Positions 40,168 to 55,719 of a DNA stretch of 64,000 nt are shown one piece after another. The stretch comes from Balanoglossus misakiensis. Its lineage: Eukaryota; Animalia; Hemichordata. The position numbers were made by a program, and so were the translations under genes. Positions within the stretch are counted from its first letter, which is position 1. Every line of letters begins with the position of its first letter. Below the pieces are notes generated by a model. It saw only the letters and a program-made list of their open reading frames with translations, ran no database searches and was not told where the DNA came from. The DNA lies in NCBI GenBank assembly GCA_040954595.2, contig CM082584.2, positions 1,643,344 to 1,707,343 on the forward strand. Reading direction: 5' to 3'.

Positions 40168-40510
40168 AGGGACAAAGTCTCTCTCTCGCTGCCCTTTTTC
40201 CCATATTATATTTGATAAGAGACACCGTTTGTTATTCTACATGTGGATATATAGCGAATGAACGTTCAACCACACACAACTTCCATCCCTCTTATAGACA
40301 GGAGAGTGAAAAACTCGCCAAAATGAATAATCGTTCTTTACCATTTATTCATTTTGGGCGAGTTTTTACTCTCATATCGTACAAACGAGACGGAAGTTGT
40401 GTGTGGTCGAATGTTGATTCACCATATATCCACATGTAGAATAACATCAATGGCGTCTTGTATCATACATAATTAATTGAAAAAAGGCAGCGATGAGAGA
40501 CTTTGCCCCT
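40168..40510. mobile_element. ~340-bp fold-back MITE with AGG...CCT ends and TTAA on the right flank only
   Basis: Long imperfect inverted arms, e.g. gttattctacatgtggatata / tatatccacatgtagaataac and aaaaactcgccaaaatgaataa / ttattcattttgggcgagttttt, around a ~14-nt loop. Confidence 0.85.
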
Positions 40511-40699
40511 TTAAACAATTGGTCAGCTCTGCGAATATAGTTCACCTGACCACTTCCTTTGCTAAGTAAGAGTGTTGTTTATGTAATAATATCAATATAA
40601 TATTTATTACTTATATAGCACATTATGCAATAAATCTCAATGTGCTGCTTTGAAGTGTTTCCCATGGTAATTTGACCTAGGTCGTTGGACCTAAAATAT

Positions 40700-40968
40700 T
40701 CCATTCCACTCCATGGGACCTAAAATATTCCATTCCACTCCATGGGGAGCAAACAACAGCTCACATGTGCAGCTTTTATATCAGCAAAGCAGACCTATAC
40801 ATACACATTACAATATCCGATCCACCAAATTACCCTTTTCTTATAGGCGGGGAGAGGCAAGGAGATGTAAATTGCCTTGCTAGAGGACACAACACCACAA
40901 CCATGCCAGGGATCAAACTCTTGATTCTTTGATTATGGGTCTGATGCTCTAACCACTGGACTATGACA
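40700..40968 (-). mobile_element. Degenerate tRNA-derived SINE fragment
   Basis: The minus strand has an A-box-like tagtccagtggttag and a B-box-like gagtttgatccc, followed by gttgtgtcctctagcaaggca, which resembles SINE central domains. The 3' extent is uncertain. Confidence 0.55.
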
Positions 40969-41737
40969 TTAATTTGAGGCCATCGCTTTCGTCAATTCCC
41001 CTGCGCTCCCCCTGGTAGTTTACGTCCAGTCCCTTACTTGTAATTGTCTTTGTTTGGCAACTGCAGGCCAAAAAGTTTTACTACCATGAATAAATCTACC
41101 CTAATTGATTATTCATAAAAGTACAACGTTTTTTTTTGGAACTACTGTCGACATTGTAAAAACCCCAGGTAGTAACTTGGGGGTGAAACAAGGCAACTCT
41201 CAGTAGCTCCTGGGAACAGTTCAATTTCATGGTCATATCATTAAATGTGCTGGTCCAGTGAAAAAAAATGGGTCTCATGAACGTTCCCCAATTCATGACT
41301 CATCGCCAAGGTCCTTGGAATGAAGCACATTTTAAAACAGGCAACTGGTCTGGTCTTTTGCTTTGTCAACTTTCGACAAGCTTTAGCCGTGCATGCCCTG
41401 TAAGTCACAATGCACATTAGACATCAACATTACTTTAGAACATGGTGAATTTCACACAGTGTGTAGGTTATATTATTGACTGCTACAATATTTTCAGTGT
41501 TTGGGTGTAAAATGAACCCAGGTAGCTGGCAGTTGAAACACTACTGAACAAACAGTTTCATGTCAATGTAATCCAGACATTATCACTGAAGAGGTGTGAA
41601 CGAGCGAAGACATTCAGGAGGCTCCTCTGTGCAAACACTGCCCTTGGCTACCAGCTGTGAAGTGATATGATAGAATTGTACCACATCAACTAGCAAGGCC
41701 CTGCACTGTAAGATGTTAAGTGTTATTTTTTGTGTGT

Positions 41738-42200
41738 TTTATTTGGTCCCATTTGTATAGGTATATACAGTGGGACCTTATGGATTTGGTTGCGTCTGTA
41801 TGTATGTATGGACATATGGACGGATAGATGGATGTATGTCCGTACACATCAAAAACTTGAAAACCGTTGCGCCAATAACCTCGATATTTGGTGTGTAGAT
41901 GCATGCTAGGCTGTAGATGGGAGTTTGTTCAAACGAAGTTGTCATTGCCAAAAATATATACAAATTAGCTGGGAAAACCTTAATTTGGTCAAAACTCAGA
42001 AACTCGACAAGTCCTGGTCATATTGATTTGAAAAAATGGTATGATAGTACCTTATATTAGCCTCACACATTTCTGTATGTTTTAAGCTAATAGTGTGAAT
42101 TTTCTACTTGTTATGCATTTTTTTGTCTTTTTCCACATTTTTGGTAAAAAATCTACTTTTCTGGAATTGATCAGCCGACTTCTGTGAAATTTACTATGGA
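41738..42200 (+). mobile_element. HINE/DINE-1-like (Helentron-associated) non-autonomous element fragment
   Basis: T-rich start, hairpin ggtccca...tgggacc, a (GTAT/GGAT)n microsatellite, then repeated atttggt/aaattt core motifs. The right boundary is not defined. Confidence 0.5.
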
Positions 42201-42754
42201 GCTTCATATAGGTGATCTGAGTTACATGATGGATACCAACGTAAAACCACATATTGCCACCAGTCAAATATGTTGAAAACAGTGTCATATTTGCTACCGA
42301 AACAGATCCTACTGTATCCTTTAACACCCCATTAGGGAACATGTATTCAAAGCATAGTAAGTTTCCACAGGGGGAAAAATACATGCAGTAAATGTCACAG
42401 TGCATTGTTAACAATGCATAAATTAGATAATTAAGTCAAAGGCTGACATTTCTCACTGTGTGTGACCAGGGTATCATTTTAAACACAGACTGGACTTTGA
42501 GTATTGTGTCCAATGGAAAAAATACATCAGCATCTACGTCTGCAAAAAAGGTGTCAGAACTGACATATCTTATCATGTATGCCATCGAACTCAAATGATA
42601 AAATCTTCCTTTCATGTAACCTGTCTGGTTAAAGTTTACTGCCAACATTTCACCATGCTTTACCCACCCAAGACACAGTGTGTCAAATCCAATATTTAGT
42701 TCAATGAATGAACCATGAAAGTTTCCGAATTGGTACTACCCGAAAAGTCACATC

Positions 42755-43400
42755 AAGCTAAATTTGGAATTTGGATGGGGTGGGGAGGTAAAGCTTATCT
42801 AACATATAGTCGTTTAGATTTAACACTATGCCTGTGAGTTACATGTTAATATTTTCTGCATGTCTGTCACGTACAATGCGTCGGTGCGCAAAAATGATCA
42901 CAGGTACTATTCAGAAGAATTCCGCTGATTCATGATGACTATGTGCATGGAAAAACCCTGATTATGATCTAACTGATAAACAATAGCATGATATTAATAA
43001 AATATACACATTAACCAATGAATGAACCATCATGAAGATTGTGCCCTAACACTTATTTAAGCTTTTATCACTATTATACCATTGTCATTACTAAAGATAT
43101 GAATAGCCCTGTACACCAAAGCTATCACCACATTTGTTAACCTTTATTACACCATTCATATGAAACCATTCACCATCATCAACCTCTATTATATTCATTG
43201 TTTTGCCCATTATAATCTGTGTACCCTCAATTTTACCACAAACCATCACCACATCAGTTAACTGTTACTTAAACACTTCCACATGTGTTGCCCATCATTA
43301 TACCATTGAAATTTGTAAATCGATCATTATACCTATCATACAAGCAATTGCTGATTGCTGTTAACCCTTGTGTACCACAAGCCATTATCATGAAATAGGC
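42755..43400 (+). repeat. Diverged direct repeat, paired with ~54764-55620
   Basis: Shared aagctaaatttggaatttggatggggtggggagg, ttttctgcatgtctgtc and cacattaaccaatgaatgaacca, followed by similar low-complexity C/A/T-rich tracts. Confidence 0.75.
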
Positions 43401-44189
43401 AACATGAATTTCACATAACACAGTTTGTCAGCTCTGAAAATGAAGTTATCATGATCATTATCTATGCTAATTAAAAGTGTACGTGGCAAATTGACCTTAG
43501 CAGGCGCTGCCTTATTAAGCTCAAAGTCAGAGTATAAATAAATGTACAGGCGTGTAAATCAGACAACATCAATATAACGCAGATAACACAGTTTGTCAAC
43601 TCTGAGAATATTGTTCTCAGGACCATTTCCCATGCTTAATTAAAGTGTTGTGTACGTGGTACAGTTTGGATTCCTTGTCAGATTTCCTATAACACAGGTC
43701 GTGAGCCCTGAAAAGTACCATAACACAATTCTCATGAACATTTTCCATGATCAATAAAAGTGTTGTGTGTAGCATAGTCATTTTTCCGTTTGCTGTGACA
43801 TTTGTCTCCCTGTGAGAGTTTAAGTAAATGTGGAAACACGCAAATTAGGCAACACCAATATCCCGTACATAATTCAGTGTGTTTTGTTCGCATTTTTGGT
43901 TGCCATTTTGAAAATGAACAAAGGACTTTCCATTGACCAACACCCGTATGAATACGTCCAAATTACCCAACTTTAATATTCCTTAAATAATTGGTCAGCT
44001 CTGCAAATATTTTTCACCTGACCACTTCCTTAGCTAGGTAAGAGTGTTGTTTATGTAATAATATTAATATAATATCTATAACTTATGTAGCACATTAAAT
44101 CTCAACATGCTTTAAAGTTGTCCCATGGTCATTTGACCTAGGTCGTTGGACCTAAACATTCCATTCAACTCCCTGGGGAGTACAGCTCA

Positions 44190-47100
44190 CCATCATTAGC
44201 AATGTCAAATTACAGTGCTTTTGGCCACATATCAACCTGGGGATTTACAGACAACTTAAAATCCCCCTCAGCAGGCATTTAATCCCCATGTCAAAGTGCA
44301 GAGCTTGCATCACCATCTACCCCTTACAGTACTTATGGCCATGTATTAACCTAGGGATTTACAGTCAACATTAAATACTCATGCATATATTAACCTGGGA
44401 ATTTACATTCAACATTAAATACCCATGCACATGCATTAAATATGTATGCCAAAGCGCAGAGCTTGGATCACCATCTACACTGATGCATCATTAGGCTTGC
44501 TACGCCATTTCCCCTAATGCAAAGAATCACATTCAATGTCACCATTGTATTAGCTATGTCAAATTTCAGTGCTTTTGGACTTGTATTAACCCAGGGATTT
44601 TCAGTCAACTTTTAATCCCCATATGCATTTAATACCCATGTCAAAGTGAAGTGTTTGCATCACTATCTACCGGGATGCATCATCAAGCTTGCATCGCCAT
44701 TTACCCTGATGCAAAGAATCAGATTCAGTGTCACCATTTCATTAGCAATGTAAAATAAAATTGCTTTTTGCCAAGTATTAACCTGGGGATTTACAGACAA
44801 CTTTAAATACCCATGTATATACATTTAGTACCTATATCAAAATGCTTAGCTTGCATCACCATCTACTCAGATGGATCATTAGGCTTGCTACGCCATTTCC
44901 CATAATGCAAAGAATCAGATTCAATGTCACCCTTACATTAGCAATTTTAAACTACAGTGCTTTTGGAGATGTATTAACCTGGGAATTTACATTCAACATT
45001 AAATACCCAAGCACATGCATTAAATACCTATGTCAAAATGCATAGCTTGCATCACCGTCTACTCCATTGCATCATTAAGCTTGCTTTGCCATTTGCCCTA
45101 ATGCGGAGAATTACATTCAATGTCAACATCGCATTAGCAATGTCAAATTACAGTGCTTTTGGACGCGTATTAATCCAGGGATTTGTAATCAACTTGAAAT
45201 CCCCATATGCATTTAATGCCCATGTCAAAGTGAAGTGTTTGCATCACTATCTACCATGATGCATCATCAAGCTTGCATCGCCATTTACCCTGATGCAAAG
45301 AATCGGATTCAATGTCATCGTTGCATTAGCAATGTCAAATAAAATTGCTTTTGGCCACGTATTAACCTAGGGATTTACAATCAATTTTAAATCCCCATAT
45401 GCATTATATTCCAAGTCAATGTGAAGGGCTTGAAAAACCATCTACGCTGATGCATCTTCAAGCTTGCTTCACCATTTACCCATATTCAATGTAACCTTTG
45501 CATTAGTAATTTTAAATTACAGCGCTTTTAGCCATGTATTAACCTCGGGATTTAGAGTCAACTGTAAATATCAATGCGTATGCATTAAATACCCATGTCA
45601 TAGTGCAGTGTTTCCATCACTGTTGACCCTAATACATCATCAAGCATGCTTCACAATATGCCCTGATGCAAAGAATCAGATTCAGTGTCACCATTTCATT
45701 AGCAATGTCAAATTATAGAGCTTATGGCCATGTATTAACCTGGGGATTTACAGACAACTTTAAATACCCATGTATATACATTTAGTACCTATGTCAAAAT
45801 GCTTAGCTTGCATCACCATCTACTCAGATGGATCATTAGGCTTGCTAGGCCATTTCCCATAATGCAAAGAATCAGATTCAATGTCACCCTTACATTAGCA
45901 ATTTTAAATTACAGTGCTTTTGGAGATGTATTAACCTGGGAATTTACATTCAACATTAAATACCCATGCACATGCATTAAATACCTATGTCAAAATGCAT
46001 AGCTTGCATCACCGTCTACTCCATTGCATCATTAAGCTTGCTTTGCCATTTGCCCTAATGCGGAGAATTACATTCAATGTTAACATCGCATTAGCAATGT
46101 CAAATTACAGTGCTTTTGGACGCGTATTAACCCAGGGATTTGTAATCAACTTGAAATCCCCATATGCATTTAATGCCCATGTCAAAGTGAAGTGTTTGCA
46201 TCACCATCTACCGTGATGCATCATCAAGCTTGCATCGCCATTTACCCTGATACAAAGAATCGGATTCAATGTCATCGTTGCATTAGCAATGTCAAATAAA
46301 ATTGCTTTTGGCCACGTATTAACCTAGGGATTTACAATCAATTTTAAATCCCCATATGCATTATATTCCAATGTCAATGTGAAGGGCTTGAAACACCATC
46401 TACCCTGATGCATCTTCAAGCTTGCTTCACCATTTACCCATATTCAATGTAACCTTTGCATTAGTAATTTTAAATTACAGTGCTTTTAGCCATGTATTAA
46501 CCTCGGGATTAAGAGTCAACTGTAAATATCAATGCGTATGCATTAAATACCCATGTCATAGTGCAGTGTTTCCATCACTATTGACCCTAATGCATCATCA
46601 AGCATGTTTCACAATATGCCCTGATGCAAAGAATCACATTCAATGTCACCATTGCATTAGAAATTTTAAATTACAGTGCTTTTGGCCATGTATTAACCTA
46701 GGGATTTACAATCAATTTTAAATCCCCATATGCATTATATTCCAATGTCAATGTGAAGGGCTTGAAACACCAGCTACCCTGATGCATCTTCAATCTTGCT
46801 TCACCATTTACCCATATTCAATGTAACCTTTGCATTAGTAATTTTAAATTACAGCGCTTTTAGCCATGTATAAACCTCGGGATTTAGAGTCAACTGTAAA
46901 TATCAATGCGTATGCATTAAATACCCATGTCATAGTGCAGTGTTTCCATCACTATTGACCCTAATGCATCATCAAGCATGCTTCACAATATGCCCTGATG
47001 CAAAGAATCAGATTCAGTGTCACCATTTCATTAGCAATGTCAAATTATAGTGTTTATGGCCATGTATTCACCTGAGGATTTATAGTCAACATTAAATACA

Positions 47101-50100
47101 CATGCATATGCATTAAATACCTATGTCAAAGTGCAGAGCTTGCATCACCATCTACTCTGATGCACTATTAGGATTGCTACGCCAGTTCCCCTAATGCAAA
47201 TAATCACATTCAATGTCACCATTGCATTAGCAATTTTAAATTACAGTGCTTTTGGCAATGTATTAACCTGGGTATTTACAATTAACTTTAAATCCCCATA
47301 TGCGTTATATTCCAATGTCAATGTGAGGGGCTTAAAACACCATCTATCCTGATGCATCATCAAGCTTGCTTCACAATTTACCCTAATGCAAAGAATCAGA
47401 TTTAGTGTCACGGTAGCATTAGCAATGTCAAATTACAGTGCTTTTGGCCACGTATTAACCTGGGGATTTACAGTCAACATTAAATACCCATGCATATGCA
47501 TTAAATACTTATGTCAAAGTGCATAGCTTGCATCACCATATACTCTGATGCATCATTAAGCTTGCTTCGCAATTTGCCCTGATGCAAAGAATCACATTCA
47601 ATGTCACCATTGTATTAGCTATGTCAAATTTCAGTGCTTTTGGACCTGTATTAATCCAGGGATTTTCAGTTAACTTTTAATCCCCATATGCATTTAATAC
47701 CCATGTCACAGTGAAGTGTTTACATCACTATCTACCGGGATGCATCATCAAGCTTGCATCGCCATTTACCCTGATGCAAAGAATCAGATTCAGTGTCACC
47801 ATTTCATTAGCAATGTCAAATAAAATTGCTTTTTGCCAAGTATTAACCTGGGGATTTACAGACAACTTTAAATACCCATGTATATACATTTAGTACCTAT
47901 ATCAAAATGCTTAGCTTGCATCACCATCTACTCAGATGGATCATTAGGCTTGCTACGCCATTTCCCATAATGCAAAGAATCAGATTTAATGTCACCCTTA
48001 CATTAGCAATTTTAAATTACAGTGCTTTTGGTGATGTATTAACCTGGGAATTTACATTCAACATTAAATACCCATGCACATGCATTAAATACCTATGTCA
48101 AAATGCATAGCTTGCATCACCGTCTACTCCATTGCATCATTAAGCTTGCTTTGCCATTTGCCCTAATGTGGAGAATTACATTCAATGTCAACATCGCATT
48201 AGCAATGTCAAATTATAGTGCTTTTGGACGCGTATTAACCCAGGGATTTGTAATCAACTTGAAATCCCCATATGCATTTAATGCCCATGTCAAAGTGAAG
48301 TGTTTGCATCACTATCTACCGTGATGCATCATCAAGCTTGCATCGTCATTTACCCTGATACAAAGAATCGGATTCAATGTCATCGTTGCATTATCAATGT
48401 CAAATAAAATTGCTTTTGGCCACGTATTAACCTAGGGATTTACAATCAATTTTAAATCCCCATATGCATTATATTCCAATGTCAATGTGAAGGTCTTGAA
48501 ACACCATCTACCCTGATGCATCTTCAAGCTTGCTTCACCATTTACCCATATTCAATGTAACCTTTGCATTAGTAATTTTAAATTACAGTGCTTTTAGCCA
48601 TGTATTAACCTCGGGATTAAGAGTCAACTGTAAATATCAATGCGTATGCATTAAATACCCATGTCATAGTGCAGTGTTTCCATCACTATTGACCCTAATG
48701 CATCATCAAGCATGCTTCACAATATGCCCTGATGCAAAGAATCACATTCAATGTCACCATTGCATTAGCAATTTTAAATTACAGTGCTTTTGGCCATGTA
48801 TTAACCTAGGGATTTACAATCAATTTTAAATCCCCATATGCATTATATTCCAATGTCAATGTGAAGGGCTTGAAACACCAGCTACCCTGATGCATCTTCA
48901 AGCTTGCTTCACCATTTACCCATATTCAATATAACCTTTGCATTAGTAATTTTAAATTACAGCGCTTTTAGCCATGTATTAACCTCGGGATTTAGAGTCA
49001 ACTGTAAATATCAATGTGTATGCATTAAATACCCATGTCATAGTGCAGTGTTTCCATCACTATTGACCCTAATACATCATCAAGCATGCTTCACAATATG
49101 CCCTGATGCAAAGAATCAGATTCAGTGTCACCATTTCATTAGCAATGTCAAATTATAGTGCTTATGGCCATGTATTAACCTGGGGATTTACAGACAACTT
49201 TAAATACCCATGTATATACATTTAGTACCTGTGTCAAAATGCTTAGCTTGCATCACCATCTACTCAGATGGATCATTAGGCTTGCTACGCCATTTCCCCT
49301 AATGCAAAGAATCAGATTCAATGTCACCCTTACATTAGCAATTTTAAATTACAGTGCTTTTGGAGATGTATTAACCTGAGAATTTACATTCAACATTAAA
49401 TACCCATGCACATGCATTAAATACCTATGTCAAAATGCATAGCTTGCATGACCGTCTACTCCATTGCATCATTAAGCTTGCTTTGCCATTTGCCCTAATG
49501 CGGAGAATTACATTCAATGTCAACATCGCATTAGCAATGTCAAATTATAGTGCTTTTGGACGCGTATTAACCCAGGGATTAGTAATCAACTTGAAATCCC
49601 CATATGCATTTAATGCCCATGTCAAAGTGAAGTGTTTGCATCACTATCTACCGTGATGCATCATCAAGCTTGCATCGCCATTTACCCTGATACAAAGAAT
49701 CGGATTCAATGTCATCGTTGCATTAGCAATGTCAAATAAAATTGCTTTTGGCCACGTATTAACCTAGGGATTTACAATCAATTTTAAATCCCCATATGCA
49801 TTATATTCCAATGTCAATGTGAAGGGCTTGAAACACCATCTACCCTGATGCATCTTCAAGCTTGCTTCACCATTTACCCATATTCAATGTAACCTTTGCA
49901 TTAGTAATTTTAAATTACAGTGCTTTTAGCCATGTATTAACCTCGGGATTAAGAGTCAACTGTAAATATCAATGCGTATGCATTAAATACCCATGTCATA
50001 GTGCAGTGTTTCCATCACTATTGACCCTAATGCATCATCAAGCATGCTTCACAATATGCCCTGATGCAAAGAATCACATTCAATGTCACTATTGCATTAG

Positions 50101-53100
50101 CAATTTTAAATTACAGTGCTTTTGGCCATGTATTAACCTAGGGATTTACAATCAATTTTAAATCCCCATATGCATTATATTCCAATGTCAATGTGAAGGG
50201 CTTGAAACACCAGCTACCCTGATGCATCTTCAAGCTTGCTTCACCATTTACCCATATTCAATGTAACCTTTGCATTAGTAATTTTAAATTACAGCGCTTT
50301 TAGCCATGTATTAACCTCGGGATTTAGAGTCAACTGTAAATATCAATGCGTATGCATTAAATACCCATGTCATAGTGCAGTGTTTCCATCACTATTGACC
50401 CTAATACATCATCAAGCATGCTTCACAAAATGCCCTGATGCAAAGAATCAGATTCAGTGTCACCATTTCATTAGCAATGTCAAATTATAGTGCTTATGGC
50501 CATGTATTAACCTGGGGATTTACAGACAACTTTAAATACCCATGTATATACATTTAGTACCTATGTCAAAATGCTTAGCTTGCATCACCATCTACTCAGA
50601 TGGATCATTAGGCTTGCTACGCCATTTCCCCTAATGCAAAGAATCAGATTCAATGTCACCCTTACATTAGCAATTTTAAATTACAGTGCTTTTGGAGATG
50701 TATTAACCTGAGAATTTACATTCAACATTAAATACCCATGCACATGCATTAAATACCTATGTCAAAATGCATAGCTTGCATCACCGTCTACTCCATTGTA
50801 TCATGAAGCTTGCTTTGCCATTTGCCCTAATGCGGAGAATTACATTCAATGTCAACATCGCATTAGCAATGTCAAATTACAGTGCTTTTGGACGCGTATT
50901 AACCCAGGGATTTGTAATCAACTTGAAATCCCCATTTGCATTTAATACTCATGTCAAAGTAAAGTGTTTGCATCACTACCTACCGTGATGCATCATCAAG
51001 CTTGCATCGCCATTTACCCTGATGCAAAGAATCGGATTCAATGTCATCGTTCAATTAGCAATGTCAAATAAAATTGCTTTTGGCCATGTATTAACCTAGG
51101 GATTTACAATCAACTTTAAATCCTCATATGCATTATATTCAAAAGTCAATGTGAAGGGCTTAAAACACCATCTATCCTGATGCATCATCATGTTTGCTTC
51201 ACCATTTACCCATATTCAATGTCACCCTTGCATTAGTAATTTTAAATAACAGCGCTTTTAGCCATGTATTAACCTTGGGATTTAGAGTCAACTGTAAATA
51301 TCAATGCGTATGCATTAAATGCCCATGTCATAGTGCAGTGTTTCCATCACTATTGATCCTAATGCATCATCAAGCATGCTTCACAATATGCCCTGATGCA
51401 AAGAATCAGATTCAGTGTCACCATTTCATTAGCAATATCAAATTATAGTGCTTATGGCCATGTATTAACCTGGGGATTTACAGACAACTTTAAATATCCA
51501 TGTATATACATTTAATACCTATGTCAAAATGCAGAGCTTGCATCAACATCTACTCCGATGCATCATTAAGCTTGCTTCGCCATTTGCCCTGATGCAAAGA
51601 ATCAGATTCAGTGTCACCATTTCATTAGCAATGTCAAATTATAGTGCTTATGGCCATGTATTCACCTGAGGATTTATAGTCAACATTAAATACACATGCA
51701 TATGCATTAAATATGTATGTCAAAATGCATAGCTTGCATCACCATCTAGTCCAATGCATCATTAAGCTTGCTTAGCCATTTCCCCTAATGCAAAGAATTA
51801 CATTCAATGTCACCATTTCATTAGCAATGTCAAATTACATTGCTTTTGGACACGTATTAACCCAGGGATTTGTAATCAACTTGAAATCCCCATATCCATT
51901 TAAACCCATGTCAAAGTGAACTGTTTGCATCACTATCTACCGTGATGCATCATCAAGCCTGCATCGCCATTTACCCTGATGCATAGGATCAGATTCAATG
52001 TCACCATTGCATTAGCAATGTCAAATAAAATTGCTTTTGGCCACGTATTAACCTGAGGATTTACAGTCAACTTCAAATCCCCATATGCGTTATATTCCAA
52101 TGTGAATGTGAAGGGCTTGAAACACCATCTGTCCTGATGCATCATTAAGCTTGCTTCGCCATTTACCCTGATGCATAGAATCAGATTCAATGTCACTGTT
52201 GCATTAGCAATGTCAAATAAAAGTTCTTTTGGCCATGTCTTAACCTAGGGATTTATAATCATCTTTAAATCCCTATATGCATTATATTCAAAAATCAATG
52301 TGAAGGGCTTGAAACACCATCTATCCTGATGCATCATCACGTTTGCTTCACCATTTACTCATATTCAATGTCACCCTTGCATTAGTAATTTAAAATTACA
52401 GTGCTTTTGGCCATGTATTAACCTCGGGATTTAGAGTCAACTTTAGATATCAATGTGCATGCATTAAATACCCATGTCAAAGTGAAGTGTTTGCCTCACT
52501 ATCTACCGGGATGCATCATCAAGCCTGCAATGCCATTAACCCTGATGCAAAGAATCAGATTCAATATCATTGTTGCATTAGCAATGTCAAATTACAGTGC
52601 TTATGGCCACGTATTAACGTGATGATTTACAGTCAACATTAAATACACATGCATATGCATTAAATACCTATGTCAAAGTGCAGAGCTTGCATCACCATCT
52701 ACTCTGATGCACCATTAGGCTTCCTACACCATTTCCCATAATGCAAAGAATCAAATTCAATGTCACCATTGCATTAGCAATTTTAAATTACAGTGCTTTT
52801 GGCCAAGTATTAACCTGGGGATTCACAATCAACTTTCAATCCCCATATGCGTTATATTCCAATGTCAATGTGAAGGGCTTGAAACACCATCTATCATGAT
52901 GCATCATCAAGCTTGCGTCACAATTTACCCTGATGCAAAGAATCAGATTAAGTGTCACGGTAGCATTAGCAATGTCAAATTACAGTGCTTTTGGCCACGT
53001 ATTAACCTGATGATTTACAGTCAACATTAAATACCCATGCATATGCATTAAATACCTATGTCAAAGTGCAGAGCTTGCATCACCATCTACTCTGATGCAC

Positions 53101-54040
53101 CATTAGGCTTCCTACACCATTTCCCCTAATGCAAAGAATCAAATTCAATGTCACCATTGCATTAGCAATTTTAAATTACAGTGCTTTTGGCCAAGTATTA
53201 ACCTGGGGATTCACAATCAACTTTCAATCCCCATATGCGTTATATTCCAATGTCAATGTGAAGGGCTTGAAACACCATCTATCATGATGCATCATCAAGC
53301 TTGCTTCACAATTTACCCTGATGCAAAGAATCAGACTTAGTGTCACGGTAGCATTAGCAATGTCAAATTACAGTGCTTTTGGCCACGTATTAACCTGGGG
53401 ATTTACAGTCAACATTAAATACCCATGCATATGCATTAAATACCTATGTCAAAGTGCAGAGCTTGCATCACCATCTACTCTGATGCACCATTAGGCTTCC
53501 TACACCATTTCCCCTAATGCAAAGAATCACATTGAATGTCACCATTGCATTAGCAATTTTAAATTACAGTGCTTTTGGCCAAGTATTAACCTGGGGATTC
53601 ACAATCAACTTTCAATCCCCATATGCGTTATATTCCAATGTCAATGTGAAGGGCTTGAAACACCATCTATCACGATGCATCATCAAGCTTGCTTCACAAT
53701 TTACCCTGATGCAAAGAATCAGATTTAGTGTCACGGTAGCATTAGCAATGTCAAATTACAGTGCTTTTGGCCAAGAATTAACCTGGGGATTTACAGTCAA
53801 CATTAAATACCCATGCACATGCATTAAATACCCATGTCAAAGTGAAGTGTTTGCATCACTATCTACCGGGCTGCATCATCAAGCTTGCATCACAATTTAC
53901 CCTGATGCAAAGAATCAGATTCAATGTCATCGCTGCATTAGCAATGTCAAATAAAATTGCTTTTGGACACGTATTAACCCAGGGATTTTCAGTCAACTTT
54001 TAGTATCCCTGTATGCATTTTAAACCCCGGTGTCAAAGTT
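44190..54040 (+). repeat. Satellite 2, ~196-bp monomer (variants ~178-201 bp), with higher-order repeats
   Basis: Recurring gcattagcaatgtcaaattacagtgcttttggccacgtattaacctggggatttaca. ORF offsets are 196, 374, 957 and 1332 bp. Confidence 0.96.
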
Positions 54041-55719
54041 TAGTGATTACTTCTTTGCTATTTAAACATTACATTTTGAGTAAAGTGGGTGAAATGGGAT
54101 TAAAGTTTATAGTGACATATCGAAAAGAATCTTATTCAATTCGTTCATTTCTGAAATATGATAATACGAATATGCGTGTTTTATTCGCCATACATGAACA
54201 CCAATGAAAAGTTATGTTTCCAGCTTAGGTATCGGTGGATTTGAACCACCTGACATCAGAAGACGCCTCCAGAATACCTTTAATTTGGTTGCATAATTTT
54301 CATGTGAATGTTCATAATATAGCGAGTGATTAATCCCTAATTGTTTTTTTTTTGGGGGGGGGTGGGGTGGGGGGGGGGAGTTCAAGTAGCATATCTTGCA
54401 GGCCAATTTGAAGCAATGTGTCATGTGGTTAAACTGAAAGAAATTAACCAATATAGTTTCACCTCTTTTTGAAACAAGGTGTCATTTGGTTGAACAATGG
54501 GCTAGTCAAAATAGCATCTGCTAATTATGCACACAATAGTGTGATGGGTTAGTGGGTTAAATTTACTTTTACCTTAGCATTATATAACACACTATCGTGT
54601 ACATAATCTCGCAGAGCTCATTCACAATTGTTTTAAAATAAAGCAAGATAACTACATGTATGATAACATATTTAATTTACGCGCCTAAAGGGCAGTTAAA
54701 AAACCTCATACCAATTACAAAAGAGGGAAAAAAACTGTCCTCTCCTCCTCTCACCCCATGATCTAAGCTAAATTTGGAATTTGGATGGGGTGGGGAGGTT
54801 AAGCTAACCTAACATTGTGCTAACATTTTCTGCATGTCTGTCGCGTACAATGTGTCGATGCGCGAATACAATCACGGGTACCGTTGCGAGAAATTCCACC
54901 GAATAACGATGCTGACGAGTATTATCTATCTGAGAAATAATAGCATGTTATTCATAAAATATTCACATTAACCAATGAATGAACCAACATGATTATTAGA
55001 CCCTGGACACTTATTTAACGATTTATCATTATTATACCTTTATCATCACCATCAATATTAAACACCCTTTTATACTTAATATCACCATAAGCCATCACCA
55101 CAATTATTAATCGTTATTATACCCTTGCACAATTGCTACCCTTATTAAACCTGACACAGTTATTACCATTATTATACCCCTCTCATTCATATACCCATTA
55201 TAACCTGTGTACACAAGCCATCATCATATTATGAACCCGTTATTATACCTTTTTATACCAGTCACATTTGTTACCCTATTACCATTATTATACCCTTCAC
55301 ATTCATATACCCATTATAACCTGTGTACACAAGCCATCATCATATTATGAACCCGTTATTATACATTTTTTATACCAGTCACATTTGTTACCCTATTATC
55401 ATTACCTTCATACAAGCAACCACTGTTACCCCTTTATAACCTGTGTACACTCCAATTTTACCATAAAACCATCATCACATTTTTAACCCTTTTATTAAAC
55501 CAAATTCAAATTTGTTCACCGTTATTATACCATACACATTTCAGAACCTATTATCATACCCTGCACAAAGCCATTGCTGTTAACCTAATTTTAAAACAAG
55601 TAATCACTACCAATTATTAACCCGATTTATTGGACTATTAAGTTTTATATTACGATCACCTCGTTTTGTATGTCTATATTACTCTAACTAATAATTTCGG
55701 TCAATAGGATATTATGTTG

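Noticed and set aside
40880-40968. Functional tRNA gene
   Set aside because: The A/B boxes are degenerate and no convincing cloverleaf forms; a SINE head explains it better.
44842-53954. Repeated His/Cys-rich ORFs
   Set aside because: Translations of the 196-bp satellite.
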